64,000 nucleotides of DNA. Source: Malacoraja senta (lineage: Eukaryota). Where the stretch lies: contig JAXLNO010000655.1 of NCBI GenBank assembly GCA_038087875.1, positions 124,001 to 188,000 of the forward strand. Direction: 5' to 3'. Below, in pieces: positions 1 through 12,724 of the stretch (position 1 is the stretch's first letter; each line of letters opens with the position of its first letter). The notes under the pieces are model-generated. The model had not been told where the DNA came from and did not search any database. It saw only the letters and a list, made by a program, of their open reading frames with translations. Made by a program: the position numbers and the translations under genes.

Positions 1-994
1 TTTAGTTTAGAGATACAGCGTGGAAATAGGTCCTTCGTCCCACAAGTCCATGGCGACCAGCGATCACACGCACCTTGCCTTGGTAAATTGCCCCTAATGT
101 GGGGGGTGTGGATGAGAAAGTGGGATAACATAGAACCAGAACTTTTCCAAATCAGGTGATCGATGGTCAGCATGGACTCAGTGGGCCTGTTTCCATGGTG
201 TATCTTCAAACTAAACCAAATTAAACATTCTTTGATTCTTGAAACAAGGAGCTACAGAGGTTGGTTTACAAAGGAAAACGGCACACACTGATGGAGTAAC
301 CCAGCGGTTCAGGCAGCATCTTTGGAGAGCATGGCTAGGTGACATTATTCATTATGTCACCTATCCATGTTCTCCAGAGATGCTGCCTGACCCACTCAGT
401 TACTCCGGCACTTTGTGTCATTTCTTGGCTTTCCCAATACCATTTCTGAAGAAGGGTTTCGACCCGAAATGTTGCCTATTTCCTTCGCTCCATCGATGCT
501 GCCTCACCCCCTGAGTTTCTCCAGCATTTTTGTCTACCTTTGATTTTCCAGCATCTGGAGTTCCCTCTTAAACATCTTAACCATTTCCTTCTGCTTCTTT
601 CTCCCAGGTTTCTTTATCCCAGCAACCTTTCCAAGGCATTCTCAACCACCCACTGTGGCAGAAAGTTCCATATGCAACGGGAAAAAAGAGCTGTTTATTG
701 AATTTAATTCCTGATGGAGTTTCTGCTTCCCAAGTGGAATACTCTCCTCTACATGTACCGGATCAAATGTTTCAGGTCAGAACTTAGCCCAACCATTGTC
801 CCAACCATCCCCCTAATGTTGCCTAGTTCCTTCGCTCCATAGATGCTGCTGCACCCGCTGAGTTTCTCCAGCATTTTTGTCTACTTTCGATTTTCCAGCA
901 TCTGCAGTTCCTTCTTAAACCCCTAGGTTTGGGTACCATTCCTGGACACCTTCGTTGTACTTCCTCAGGTGCCTCTGAAACCCTTTCAACAATA

Positions 995-1300
995 GAGCGG
1001 CACGTTGGCGAAGCAGTAGAGTTGTTGCCTCACAGCACCAGAGACTCTGGTTCGATTCTGACTACAGCTGCTGTCTGTACGGAGTTTGTACGTTCTCCCC
1101 GTGACCTGCGTGGGTTTTCTCCGAGATCTTCGGTTTCCTCCCACACTCCAAAGACGTCCACGGTTGTAGTTTAATTGGCTTGGTACAAATGTAAAATTGG
1201 CCCTATTGTGTGTAGGGTGGTGTTAACGAGCGGGGATCGCTGTTCGGTGCGGACTTAATGGGCCTGTTTCCGCATTGTATCTCTAAACTAAGCTAAACTA
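995..1300 (+). mobile_element. tRNA-derived SINE (HE1/V-SINE type)
   Basis: A/B boxes (TGGCGAAGCAG, GGTTCGATTCT), V-like core GGAGTTTGTACGTTCTCCCCGTG, CR1-type tail and (TAAAC)n. Confidence 0.8.
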
Positions 1301-3236
1301 ATACGGAGAAAAGAACAATGTGCAGAGCAGTTTCAGCCTTTGCATAATCATAGCGAATTAAGTTCTGTAGCACGTTGAGTGTTGAAGACCAACTGTCCAT
1401 CTTTGAACTTGAGAATATCCCTGAAGGCCAGATTGAGATTTGGAACAAATTGGAACATCTTACAGAGGATACCTTACAGTGGAAATGTAGGTCTCGGCAA
1501 AATCCAACTGGGAGGTTGTGGCATTTGCAGCAGATGGCTTATGAATATTAATTCTGTTTCAACCCACTTATATCCCTCACTGTATTATTACACCTTTCAT
1601 AAACGACAACACAATTCAATAATACATGGGATTTCATCTTCCCAGATAAAACTAATCTCATTCATTATTTTAATTAATACTTTGCTAGATGATGCCTGTC
1701 TCTTTATTGTGTCGAGTAGATAACATAGTTGATGTTCAGAAGAGATGAATAATTCTGTTAATTTTGCTTAAGAACGTTTCTATTCCAACCATTAAATTAA
1801 GAAAATAAAACAATTGAATGAACCATAATGTGCTTCATGAAATTAAACTTTGGATATTAATTAGGCAGAAAATATTGACTAATACCCATTCCAAGCCGTG
1901 CAACAATGAAACATCTACATGTTAGGGCTGAATATGAAGATTGAGGTTAATGTGAAGATACATTTGTCTGAACAATAAAATATCTTCAATATCTTGCATA
2001 TAATATTGTCAATGTTTCATGGGACTGCAGTCAAACATAATTGACACTGATTACATAATGTGGCTGGGAATTTGATCTAAGAGGGAACAATTCACAGTAG
2101 AGAGAAGCCAATGGGTTTATGAAGGAATTCCAGAGTACAGGCCTCTGGCAGCTGGAGGTATGACCACACTGGTGCAAGGCAAGATTGCATAGAGTTGAAG
2201 AGCAATGCAGCACGGAAACAGGCCCTTTGGCCCATCTTGTCCATACCAATCAAGATGGCATTCTGGGCTAGTCCCATTTGCCTGCATTTGGTCCACAACC
2301 CTCTAACATCTTCATAATCCATATATCGGTCCAAATGTCTTTTGAAAGTCGTATACGGAATCGAGGGATATGGGGAGAAAGCAGGAACGGGGTACTGATT
2401 TTGGATGATCAGCCATGATCATATTGAATGGTGGTGCTGGCTCGAAGGGCCGAATGGCCTACTCCTGCACCTATTTTCTATGTTTCGTTGTATCTGCTTG
2501 AATCACTGAAAGATACAACAGAGAAACAGCACCTTCATCCCACCGATTCCACACCGATCATCATTTACTGTTCACATTAGTTCTAAGTTATCCCACTTTC
2601 TCATTCACTCCTTATACACTTGGGGAAATTTAGAGCAGCAATTAACTTAGAAACTTGCACGTCTTTGGGATGTGGGAGGAAACCAGAGCATGTGGAGGAA
2701 ACCCACGCGGTCACAGGGCGAATGTGCAAACTCCGTACAGACAGCACTCAAGGTCAAGATTGAACTGCGATAGTACCTGCTTCAACTACCTCCTCTGGCA
2801 GCTTGTTCCATACACCCACTCGTTCCAAAAAGTTACCCCTCAGGATTCCTATGAAATCTTTCCCACCTCACCTAAGTTCTCTGGTTCTCGTTTCCCTTAC
2901 TCTGGGCAAGAGATTCTGTGCATCTACCCGATCTATTCTGCTCATGATTTTATACACCTCTATAAGATTACCCCTCATCCTCCTGCGCTCCAAGGAATAA
3001 AGTGCCAGCCTGCTCATTCCCTCCCTATAGTTTAGGCCCTCGAGTCCTGGCAACATCCTCGTAAATCTTCTTTGCACCCTTGTTCAGTCTGAAGAAGGGT
3101 CTCGACCCGAAACGTCACCCATTCCTTCTCTCCAGAGACGCTGCTTGTCCCGCTGAGTTACTCCAGCATTTTGTGTCTATCTGCACCCATTCCAGCTTAA
3201 TAGCATCAACATTGCACTTGGATACAGGTTCTGTTG

Positions 3237-3436
3237 TGCACACGCTCACACACACACACATGCACACACACACAAACACACACAACCACTTGTACACGCA
3301 TGTGCGCACACACACACACATATACAGTATATATATATACACACACATATACACATGCACACACACACACACACACACACATAAATATATACACACACAT
3401 ATACACACGCATGCACACACACACACATGCACACAC
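3237..3436. repeat. Degenerate (CA)n/(TA)n microsatellite
   Basis: About 200 bp of CACACA/TATA runs just inside the intron after the 3480 donor. Confidence 0.95.
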
Positions 3437-3479
3437 AGAGCCCTCGTTCTATACCAGCGACACACTGCCAGGTTCTTAC

Positions 3480-3609
3480 CTCGATCAGCTGGTGCCAGTG
3501 GGCGACAGGCTTGCGGGGGTAGCTGAGCATTTCACTCCAGTGGTCGCGTCCCAGTCTCTCGGCATCATTCCCCACACGACACACACCGATGACCTCGTTG
3601 TGACCTACG
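3480..3609 (-). CDS. syt9: Synaptotagmin-9, penultimate coding exon (end of C2B)
   Basis: [43 protein letters not shown]. Acceptor tcacag|C, donor GAG|gtaaga; 130 nt. No stop codon, so a further exon is expected downstream. Confidence 0.95.
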
Positions 3610-5162
3610 CTGTGAAAAGTTTGCCATAATAATTTTCCTTAAGAGCCCAAACATAATCATGTCTCGAACAAACAGATAAGGAAGGCTTCCTAGTTTCATT
3701 GCAAAGCAACGTGTTTGTTTTGTTTCTCCGGCCGTAGTTCCGGCTTCCTTATGGCATTGGGTGCATGGAATTGTGTGGGAGGTTATTCAGGATGGCAAAA
3801 TGGGGGGAAATTTGTGAGACACAACTAATGGAGGACATTTGCAAAATTAGACGACCATTGTGTGTCGATTTGACTCTATAGTTGCCAATTTTTGGATCTT
3901 AAGGCATTGGCAACTGGCCTTTCTTAATCGCACATCTATTTGGTTGGAAGCGAGAACACCCCTTACAACTGTTTCCAGGTTGGTCATTGATAGCTTGCTG
4001 TTGCCTGTTGCTATAAACACAAGGTGGAGTTATGGAGACCCAAGAGACCGCAGATGCTGGAATCTTCAGCAAGTGGCGACTCTTGTGTACTGCCTAGGGG
4101 AGGTCTGCTGTACACTTTTACAGGGTTGTATGCAAAACAAAGCATTTCACTGTACATAGACCAATTGAATTGAATTCATTGAATCATTGGTTTAGACTCC
4201 TTGGAACACATGACTGGTTCCATGCTGTAACAACCCTTTGAGTGGGAGAGAACCTGTGAATGGAGAAATGAATCCTTTGAGATTTTCCATCAAGTAGATA
4301 CAGATGCAGGCCCTTCGCCCCATCACATCCATCCTAGCCAACCGTGATGCCTTTCATTGATGATCCCATTTGTCTGCATTAGGCCTGAATTCTTCTACTC
4401 CTCCCCTATCCGCCTTTTTATTGCATCTGCCCCCACCAACTCCTCTGGCAGCTTGTTCCACATATCCACCACCCTCTTTGTGAAAAAGTTTCCTCTCAGA
4501 TCTCATAGAGTCATAAAGTCATACAGCATGGAAACATACAGCATGGACTTTCGGCCCAACTTGCCCATGCCATCCATCTACACTAGTCTCACCTGCCCAC
4601 ATTTGGCTTATACACCTCTAAACCTTTCCTATCCATGTAACTGTCCAAATATCTTTCAAATGTTGTTATAGTACCTGCTTCGATTACCTCCTCTGGCAGC
4701 TCGTTCCATATACCTATCACACTCTATGAAGGTTTCCCCTTCAGGTTCCTATTACATTTTTCCCTTCACACCTTAATCCTATGACCTCAGGTTGTTGATT
4801 CCCCTTCTCTGGGTAAAAGACTCTGTGCTTCTAACCTATCTATTCCCTTCATGACCTTATGCACCCTTATAAGATTATCCCTCACCCTTCTGCATTCCAA
4901 GGAATAAAGTCCAAACGTGCCCAACCTTTTCCTACAGCTCAGGCCCTCAAGTCCTGGCAACATCTTTGTAAATCTCATTTAATTTTCTACTGCCCTCACC
5001 TTAAACCTATGCCCTCTAATTATGGACTTCCCCACCCTTGGAAAAAAATACTCTGACTATCTACCCTATCTATTCCCCTTGTAATTTTAAGCACCACGAT
5101 AAGTTTGGAAAGGGGTTGAACGAAAGGCAATTCTCCCCTTTATTTATAAACAGGTATCTCAC

Positions 5163-5334
5163 CGGTCATAATCCATGACAGCTATTAACAAGCTCACTTG
5201 GTCGATGTTCTCGGGAGGGACGTCAAACACGATGGCTTCATTGTACACAGGGTTCAAGGTGTTTCTCTTTGTCGACGTTTTTCTCTTCTTCAGCCTCCTC
5301 CCGTTGGACATCAAGGAGATCTTCACATACGGAT
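5163..5334 (-). CDS. syt9: Synaptotagmin-9, C2B exon
   Basis: [58 protein letters not shown], including the polybasic C2B motif. Acceptor ccccag|AT, donor CG|gtgaga; 172 nt. Confidence 0.96.
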
Positions 5335-6785
5335 CTGGGGGAACAATAGGAGAGACAGTGAGACTTCCTAATTCGAAGATAGACACAAAATGCTGGAGTA
5401 ACTCAGGGTCTGAAGAAGGGTCTGAAGAAGGGTCTCAACCCGAAACGTCACCCATTAATTCTATCCAGAGATGCTCCATGTTCTGCTGTTACTCCAGCAT
5501 GTTGTGTCTATCTTCGGTGTAAACCCAGTCCCATCATACAGACCAGGCTTCGCACCATTGACTCCATCTACACTTCGCACGGCCTCATAACAGCAGCCTA
5601 CATAATCAAAGACTTGTTCCGCCCCAGTCATCTCTCTTCTCCCTGCTCCTGTCTGGCAGAAGGTACAGAAGCTTGAAAGATCGCACTGGCAGACTCAGGA
5701 AGAGCTTCAACCCCTCTGTTATCAGGCTTCTGAATGGTCCTTCCATAAGCTAGGGTACTGTCTGATTCATCTCTACCCCATTGCGGGCACAGGACTTTGT
5801 CCATGAAACTGATGCGCTACAATGCTGAGAACTATATTCTGCACTCCGTATCTTTGCTCTATCTATTGAACGAGTTTGATTTGATCGTATTTATGTATAG
5901 TATTATCTGATCTAATTGGGTAGCATGCAAAACCAAGTGTATCTTTACCTCACTACATGTGAGAGTAATAAATCTAAACCTAAACATGTACACCACTGAC
6001 CATCTCTGCCTAAATGCAGCTCATTGGTTCTCTCACTCGAACCTCTGCTCTTACTGAGCTCCAACATCCAGTCTACATTTTACACTCACCTGAAACTTTT
6101 TTTTTTGGCCCACAAAACCAGTTCCTTTGGAGGAACAAGAAAATGCAGATGCTGGAATCATAAACAAATCACAAAGTGCTGGAGGAACTCAGCAGATGGC
6201 AGAGCGTCCTTAGAGGCAACTGACAGGCGACGATTTGGGTCAGGACTCTTCTTCAGACTAATGGAGTGGGTTGCGGGAAGAAGGCTGGAAGAGAGAGGTG
6301 GGGGCAGGACATAGCCTGGCATGTGGTGGGTGGATTCAGGTGAGGAGTGGCAGACAGGTGAAGATGCGTAGTTACAAAGGCTGCAGATGACTATCTCCAC
6401 CCATCCAACGATCATTTGCCAGTTTTTTTCCCCACCCTTTCCCTCATCTCTCTTTACCAGCTTTCTCCCCTCTACTCCATCAGTCTGCAGAACCAAAACA
6501 GCGTCTGTCCAATTCCCCCCACAGATGCTGCCTGGCCCACTGAGTTCCTCCAGCACTTTGTGTTTAGCTCAAGATTCCAGCATCTGCGGTCTCTTGTATC
6601 TTTGCACTAAGGTCAGACCGACTGAGGCAGAAGGCTGTGCAGCGTTACATATTGGATAGGAAAGATGAAAGGAGGCTCTATAACCTGAAGGATATAATTC
6701 TGAAAGGGACCTGGAGATAGAAATTTGTTGGCAAATGCACAATACAAAGTTGAAAGCGACAGAATATGTCGAGAAGGCAATGCAG

Positions 6786-7090
6786 GGGCGACTCACAGTG
6801 GCACAGCGGTAGAGTATCTGCCTTACAGCGCCAGAGACCCAGGTACGATCCTGACCACGGGAGCTGTCTGTACAGAGTTTGTATATTCTCCCCATGAACT
6901 GCGTGGGTTTTCTCCGGTTGCGCCAGTTTTCAAAGGTTTGTAGGTTAATTGGCTTGGTATAATTGTAAATTGTCCCCAGTGTGTGTGGGATAGTGTGAGT
7001 GTGAGGGGGTCGCTGGTCCGCGCGGACTCAGTGGGCCGAAGGGCTTGTTTCCGTGCTGCATCTCTAAACTAAACTAAGCCAAAACTAAAC
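6786..7090 (+). mobile_element. tRNA-derived SINE (HE1/V-SINE type)
   Basis: Same consensus as 995-1300. Confidence 0.8.
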
Positions 7091-8633
7091 TGTGGATGCT
7101 GGGATCTTGAGCACAACACAAATTGCAGGTGTAATTCAGCGGGTCAGGAAGCATCCATGGAGGTAATGGACAGACAACGTTTCGGGTCAGGAGCCTACAG
7201 GTTTGTAGGTCAATTGGTTTTGGTAAAAATGTTAAATTGTCCCTAGTGTGTAGGATAGTGCTAGTGTACAGGGTGATCGCTGGTCGGTGTGGGCTTGGTG
7301 GACCGAGGGGCCTGTTTATGCGCTGTATCTCTACAGCCTAAATTCTAAAGTCTGAAGTCATCAGTAAAGGCAGTTTGATAGGTATCTGGGATTCGCGAGC
7401 TATGGGACAGCAACTTACAGGCTGCACCACTATGCCACCCACACACTTAAAATGATAGAAGGTTAGAGACAAATTAGTGGAGATTGGAGAGAAACTGTTG
7501 CCTCTTGGGAATGGAGACAAAAGCCAGAGGAAATGAAATGAGTGATGACAGAAGAAGTCTAAAGTGACCGGCGTAATGTCACCACATTGCAGGGTGGATG
7601 TGGAGGCTTTGGAAAGGATGCCAATGAGGTTTACCAGGGTGCTGCCTGGATTGGAGGGTATTCACTATAACGAGAGCTTGGAGAAACCTGGATTGTTTTC
7701 TCTGGAGCGTCGAAGGATGTTTGCCCAAGGTTTCTTATTAACTGGTCGAACGTGTGTGCCTTTGTGCCAAATGTTGTTTGCTGGAACTAACAGGTACAGC
7801 AGAGCATTTTGCTCCATTAAAGGCATGACATCAAGTTTGGGCAGAAGATATAAAAGGTTGAAAGCATGTACCACGAGACTCAGAAACAACTTCTTCCCTT
7901 CTGTTGTCAGAGTCCTAAGGTATAGCCACTAGCCAAACCCATAGGGCTACAGTGCTGAAGAATCATATTCTGCACTTTGGTACTTTTCTCTCTGCTCTAC
8001 CTGTTGTGCTTGTGTGTGTAGGGAGGAACTGCACATGCTGGTTTAAACCAAAGGCAGCCACAAAAGGCTGGAGTAACTCAGCGGGTCAGGCAGCATCTCT
8101 GGAGAGAAAGGAATAGATGACGTTTCGGGTTGAAACCTGAAGAATGGTCTTGACTCGAAACGTCACCTATTCCTTTTTTCCAGAGATGCTGCCTGACCCG
8201 TTGAGTTACTCCAGCCTTTCGTAGTACTTGAGTATGGCTTGATTGTCTGATTTGATTCGATAGCATGCAAACAAAAACTTTTCACTGTAACAACACAACA
8301 CGTAACAATAATAAACCAATGGCAATTGTTGGAGGCATTCGTAAGATACAGCAGAAGCTGGAATCTTGAACAAAGCACAAAGTGTTGGAAGAACTCAACA
8401 GGTCGGGCAGCATCTGCGGAGGTAATGGACCGACAGCATTTCGGGTGAGACCCTTCTTCCGACTGAGATGTGAAGAAGGGACCCGACCCGAGACGTTGTC
8501 TATCCATTGCCTCCACGGATGCTGCCTGACCTGCGGAGTCCTTCCGGCTGTTTGTATCTCACATCAAGTTGTTGCCTTGGCTGTGGATGGTTTGCATGTT
8601 CATGGGGTGTATTGCTAATGGTACTTTGCTTAC

Positions 8634-8754
8634 CGGATGCCCCAGTTATGTCCATGGCTTTGAGGTTGCGGGCCTTGATGACAGTGATGGTGAGCCTGCC
8701 GGCAGTCGGCAGGTAGCACAGTGAGAACATCAGGTCTCCAAGATCCACGTTTTC
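8634..8754 (-). CDS. syt9: Synaptotagmin-9, exon encoding the start of C2B
   Basis: [40 protein letters not shown]. Acceptor ttttag|GAA, donor TCCG|gtaagc; 121 nt. Confidence 0.96.
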
Positions 8755-10648
8755 CTAAAATACAGGAAGCAAAGTTGAGCAGAGGCTCTCCTCTGTTTGA
8801 CAGACAATTTGAAATACCTCTCATTGCACTTCGCCCGTCTTGAGATCAATAGCTGCAAACGTCGGGACGTTCTGTTACAGACGTGCAAGATGTAGGTGGG
8901 ACCGCTGCACTTAGAGTATCATTTCCGGTTCTGCTCACCCTGCTGCAGGGAAAATGCTATGAAGCTGGAAAGAGTGCAGAGAAGATTTACGAGGATGCTG
9001 CCAGGACTCGAGGGACTGAGCTGGAGGGAGAGGTCCGACCAGCTGGGTGTACATTCCTTGGTATCTGTGTACGCGCATTCTTCTCTGCAAGAGTTGCATC
9101 CAAAATAATCCCCAATGGGTTTTCAAGCCACGCGGCTCATCCCCCTCATGCTGGTATTCTCTATCATGCCCATATTTGCTAGTATCCATTTAGGATTAGC
9201 TGTGTTACTGCTCCACAACATTACTGGAGTCACAAGCCTGCAGCAATGGTCACCAACATTTCTGCTCACTGGCAACCATTTTATAGAGTCATACAGTACG
9301 GAATCAGGCCCTTCGACTCAACTCATCCATGCCGACCAAGGTGTCTACATGAGCTCATCCCATTTGCCCACATTTGGCTTATAAAGGCTTCCCAGCTTTT
9401 CTTATCCATGTGCCTGTCCAAATGTCTTTTAAACATTGTAGTCGAACCTACCTCTACAATTTGTTCTGACAGCTCATTCCATATACCGATCACACTTTGT
9501 GTTAAAAAATTGCCTCACAGGTCAACTTCAACTATTACCTGCTTAAATCAAAGTTTCTTTTCATGCAGGGCCTGTTCCTTACATCCTCAGCACAATCAGG
9601 GTGCTCTTGTTCACTTTGGAAAGTCAAGAGGTTTCTTGTCAAGAGGAGTCATAGTTCTATACAGCACGATACCATGTCAGCCAAGTTGGCATTCAGGGCA
9701 AGTCCCATTTGCCTACATTTGGACCTTCTGGCATCTCTCTAAACTCTTCCTATCCATACATCAGTCCTCATAGAGTCATAGTCAAAGAGTCAAACAGTCA
9801 TACAGTGTAGAAACAGGCCCTTCGGCCCAACTTGTCCACACCGACCAATGTGTTGCATCTAGACTAGTCCCACTTGCCTGTATTTAGCCCATATCCCTCT
9901 ATGCCTGCCCTTTCCATGTACCTGTCTAATTGCTTCTTAAACATTGCGATAGTCCGTTCCTCAATTACCTCCTTCCTTACACCCCCAACCGTTTGCGTGA
10001 AAAAGTTACCGCTCAGATTCCTGTAAAATCTTTCCTCCTTCACCTTAAACCTATGTTCTCTGGTTCTCGATTCCCCCACTCTGGGCAAGAGACTCTGTGC
10101 GTCCACCCAATCTATTCCTCCATATAGAGAGTTGTTTTATTTTCTCTTTTTTCTTTGTGGCAAGATACTGCCATGTTCCTCCTTGGCAGAGGCGAAACTA
10201 AACTGGATTAGATTGGTACAATGCACGGGTTAGTCGTCCATGCCATATTGGTGAGGCAATCATACTGGCAGGATATTTAAGTTGTTTTCATCCCTGATCT
10301 CTACTGCAGAGAGATTTGAGGAAGCCAAAGATCTCCATTGCAACCAACTCAGTGACAAGAGCAAGTGATTCATGATTTGCCTGGATAGTACGCAAGGCAA
10401 CATTTTTCATTGTGTTGTACTACATGAGGCAATAATAAATTAATAGCAATGCCAAAGAAAATTATTGTGCTCGTATCTTGCCAGTATATAGATGCTCCTT
10501 TTTTGCAAAACATACCGCCTGCCAAGATTAGGAATTAGATGTAGTGTGAAACAGGAGCTTTATTTAGAGCTGTGATTATGTTTACATCAGGTTTCACTTC
10601 CACCTTTCAGGTGAAATGAATGAAGAAAGACGATTCTGTGACTGCTCT

Positions 10649-10968
10649 GGGGCGGCACGGTGGCGCAGCAGTAGAGTTGCTGCTTTACAGTGCCAGAGAT
10701 CCGCTTTCGATCCTGACTATGGGTGATGTCTGTATGGAGTTTGTACGTTCTCCCCGTGACCGCGTGGATTTTCTCAGAGATCTTCGGTTTCCTCCCAAAC
10801 TCCAAAGTCGTACAGGCTTGTAGGTCAATTGGGTTGGTATACATGTGAATTGTCCCTGGTGTGTGTAGAAAGTGTTCATGTGCGGGGATCACTGGTCGGC
10901 ATGGACCAGCATGGTGGGCCGAAGGGCCTGTTTCCGCGCTGCATCTCGAAACGAAACTAAAATCTAAA
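10649..10968 (+). mobile_element. tRNA-derived SINE (HE1/V-SINE type)
   Basis: Starts GGGCGGCACGGTGGCGCAGCAGTAGAG; same consensus. Confidence 0.82.
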
Positions 10969-11526
10969 CATAAGAGGCTGAGAGGATGCCTTATTACAGC
11001 GTACAAATCATCAGGGGCATGGATAAAGTGAACGCTTACAGTCATTTTCCCAGGGTAGAGGATTCTAAAACTAGATGCATCGGCTTAAAAGGGAGAGGGG
11101 AGAGATTTAAGAGGGATAGACCTCAGGGGCAACTTTTTGGCTCAGAAGGTTGTCCGTATCAGGAACGAGCTGCCAGAGGAAGTTATAGAAGCAGATATAA
11201 TTATGAATTTTAAGATATTTTGACAAATATATAGATAGGAAGGGTTTATCTAAAAGTCTTTTAAATGCCACTGTTGTATCTGCCTCCACGACCATCCTGG
11301 GCAGTGCGTTCCAGGCACTCATTACACTCTGTGTAAGAAAGCTTGCCCCGCACATCTCTATTAAACTTTCACCCTCTGACCTTAAAGCTATGACTCTAGT
11401 ATTTGATATTTCCATCCTGGGAAAAAGGTTCTGATTGTCTACCCTATCAGTGCCTCTCATAATTTAATATACTTCTATCAGGTCTCCCTTCAATCTCTGG
11501 GGTTCCAGGGAAAACAATCCAACTTA

Positions 11527-11631
11527 TGGGCCTGTCCCACCTAGGCGATTTTTCAGCGGACTGCCGGCGACTGGCAAGTTGCCGGCAGTCGCCTGAAAAA
11601 CTGGGAACTGGAACGGCATCTGTCAGTGTGG

Positions 11632-11687
<56 letters not shown>

Positions 11688-12318
11688 TATCGCAAAGGCG
11701 GGGGCCAGGGCAAGCGGGGGGAGCGCTGTCTGATATTCACACGGTGCAAAGCCAAGGTGATACAGACACACACCGCGATGAACAGGAAGGTTTAAGTCCT
11801 TTAAAAGAAGGGGGGGGAGAGGGGGGGGGGAGAAGGGGGAGAAGGGGGGAGAAGGAGTGGAGACAACTTTTAAGAAGCTAGACAACTTTTAATAAGCGAG
11901 AGATACACGGCTGTGAAGTTCGGCGGACATTTAACATTACCGGTCGGTTATCCTTGGTTCCGAAAACCCCTGCTTACGGTTTTTTCCCCCAATGAGCCAA
12001 TGAAATTCACCGGTCTGCAAAGGCGATTAACTAAAACTACCTACGACTACCTCGACTACCTACAACTACATGGCGACCCCACTACAACTGCACCTACGGC
12101 GACAGGATTATCGAGTTTTTGGTCGCAGAAACATTTTCAACATGTTGAAAAATTTGCGGCGACCATACTGAGGCCGCGACTAGTTCCCAGAATGCAGGAA
12201 CTCCTCGCGACCCATAAAGGAGACTCACCAGAGACCACCAGCGAACATGTGGCGAATATGTGGCGCGCGCAGAGTTTCCTGCACTCGCCTAAAAAGTCGC
12301 CTAAGTGGGACAAGCCCA
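11527..12318. mobile_element. PIF/Harbinger-like MITE (~790 bp)
   Basis: TIR TGGGCCTGTCCCAC(C/T)TAGGCGA...TCGCCTAAGTGGGACAAGCCCA with TTA on both sides. Interrupts a CR1 fragment. Confidence 0.85.
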
Positions 12319-12724
12319 TTAGTGCAACCTCTCGCTGTAGCTAATAGCCCCTAATCCAGGCATTATTATGGTAATCCTCCTCTACACCCTCCATTCCCTT
12401 CCTGCAATGGGGTGACCACAACTGCATGCAACAGTTTCAGTTTAGTTTATAGTCACGTGTACTGAGGTACAGGGAAAAGCTTTATGTTGCATGCTAACCG
12501 GTCAGCAGAAAGACAATACATGATTACAATCAATCCATTTTCAGTGTATAGTTACACGATAGGGGAATAACGTTTAGTGCAAGGTAAAGCCAGCAAAGAT
12601 AGTCTGAGGGACATCAAAGAGGTAGATAGTAGTTCAGCACTGCTCCCTGGTTGTGGTGCTGAACTACAATCTACCTCACTAATGTCTTCTATTTTTGCAC
12701 ACTTCTTTTACAATTTTATGTATC

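Noticed and set aside
995..1070. tRNA-like A/B box sequences here and at many other sites
   Set aside because: They are SINE heads continuing into the SINE body, not cloverleaf tRNA genes.
3080..3629. His/Thr- and Cys/Val-rich ORFs
   Set aside because: They are translations of the (CA)n microsatellite; the same applies near 11630.
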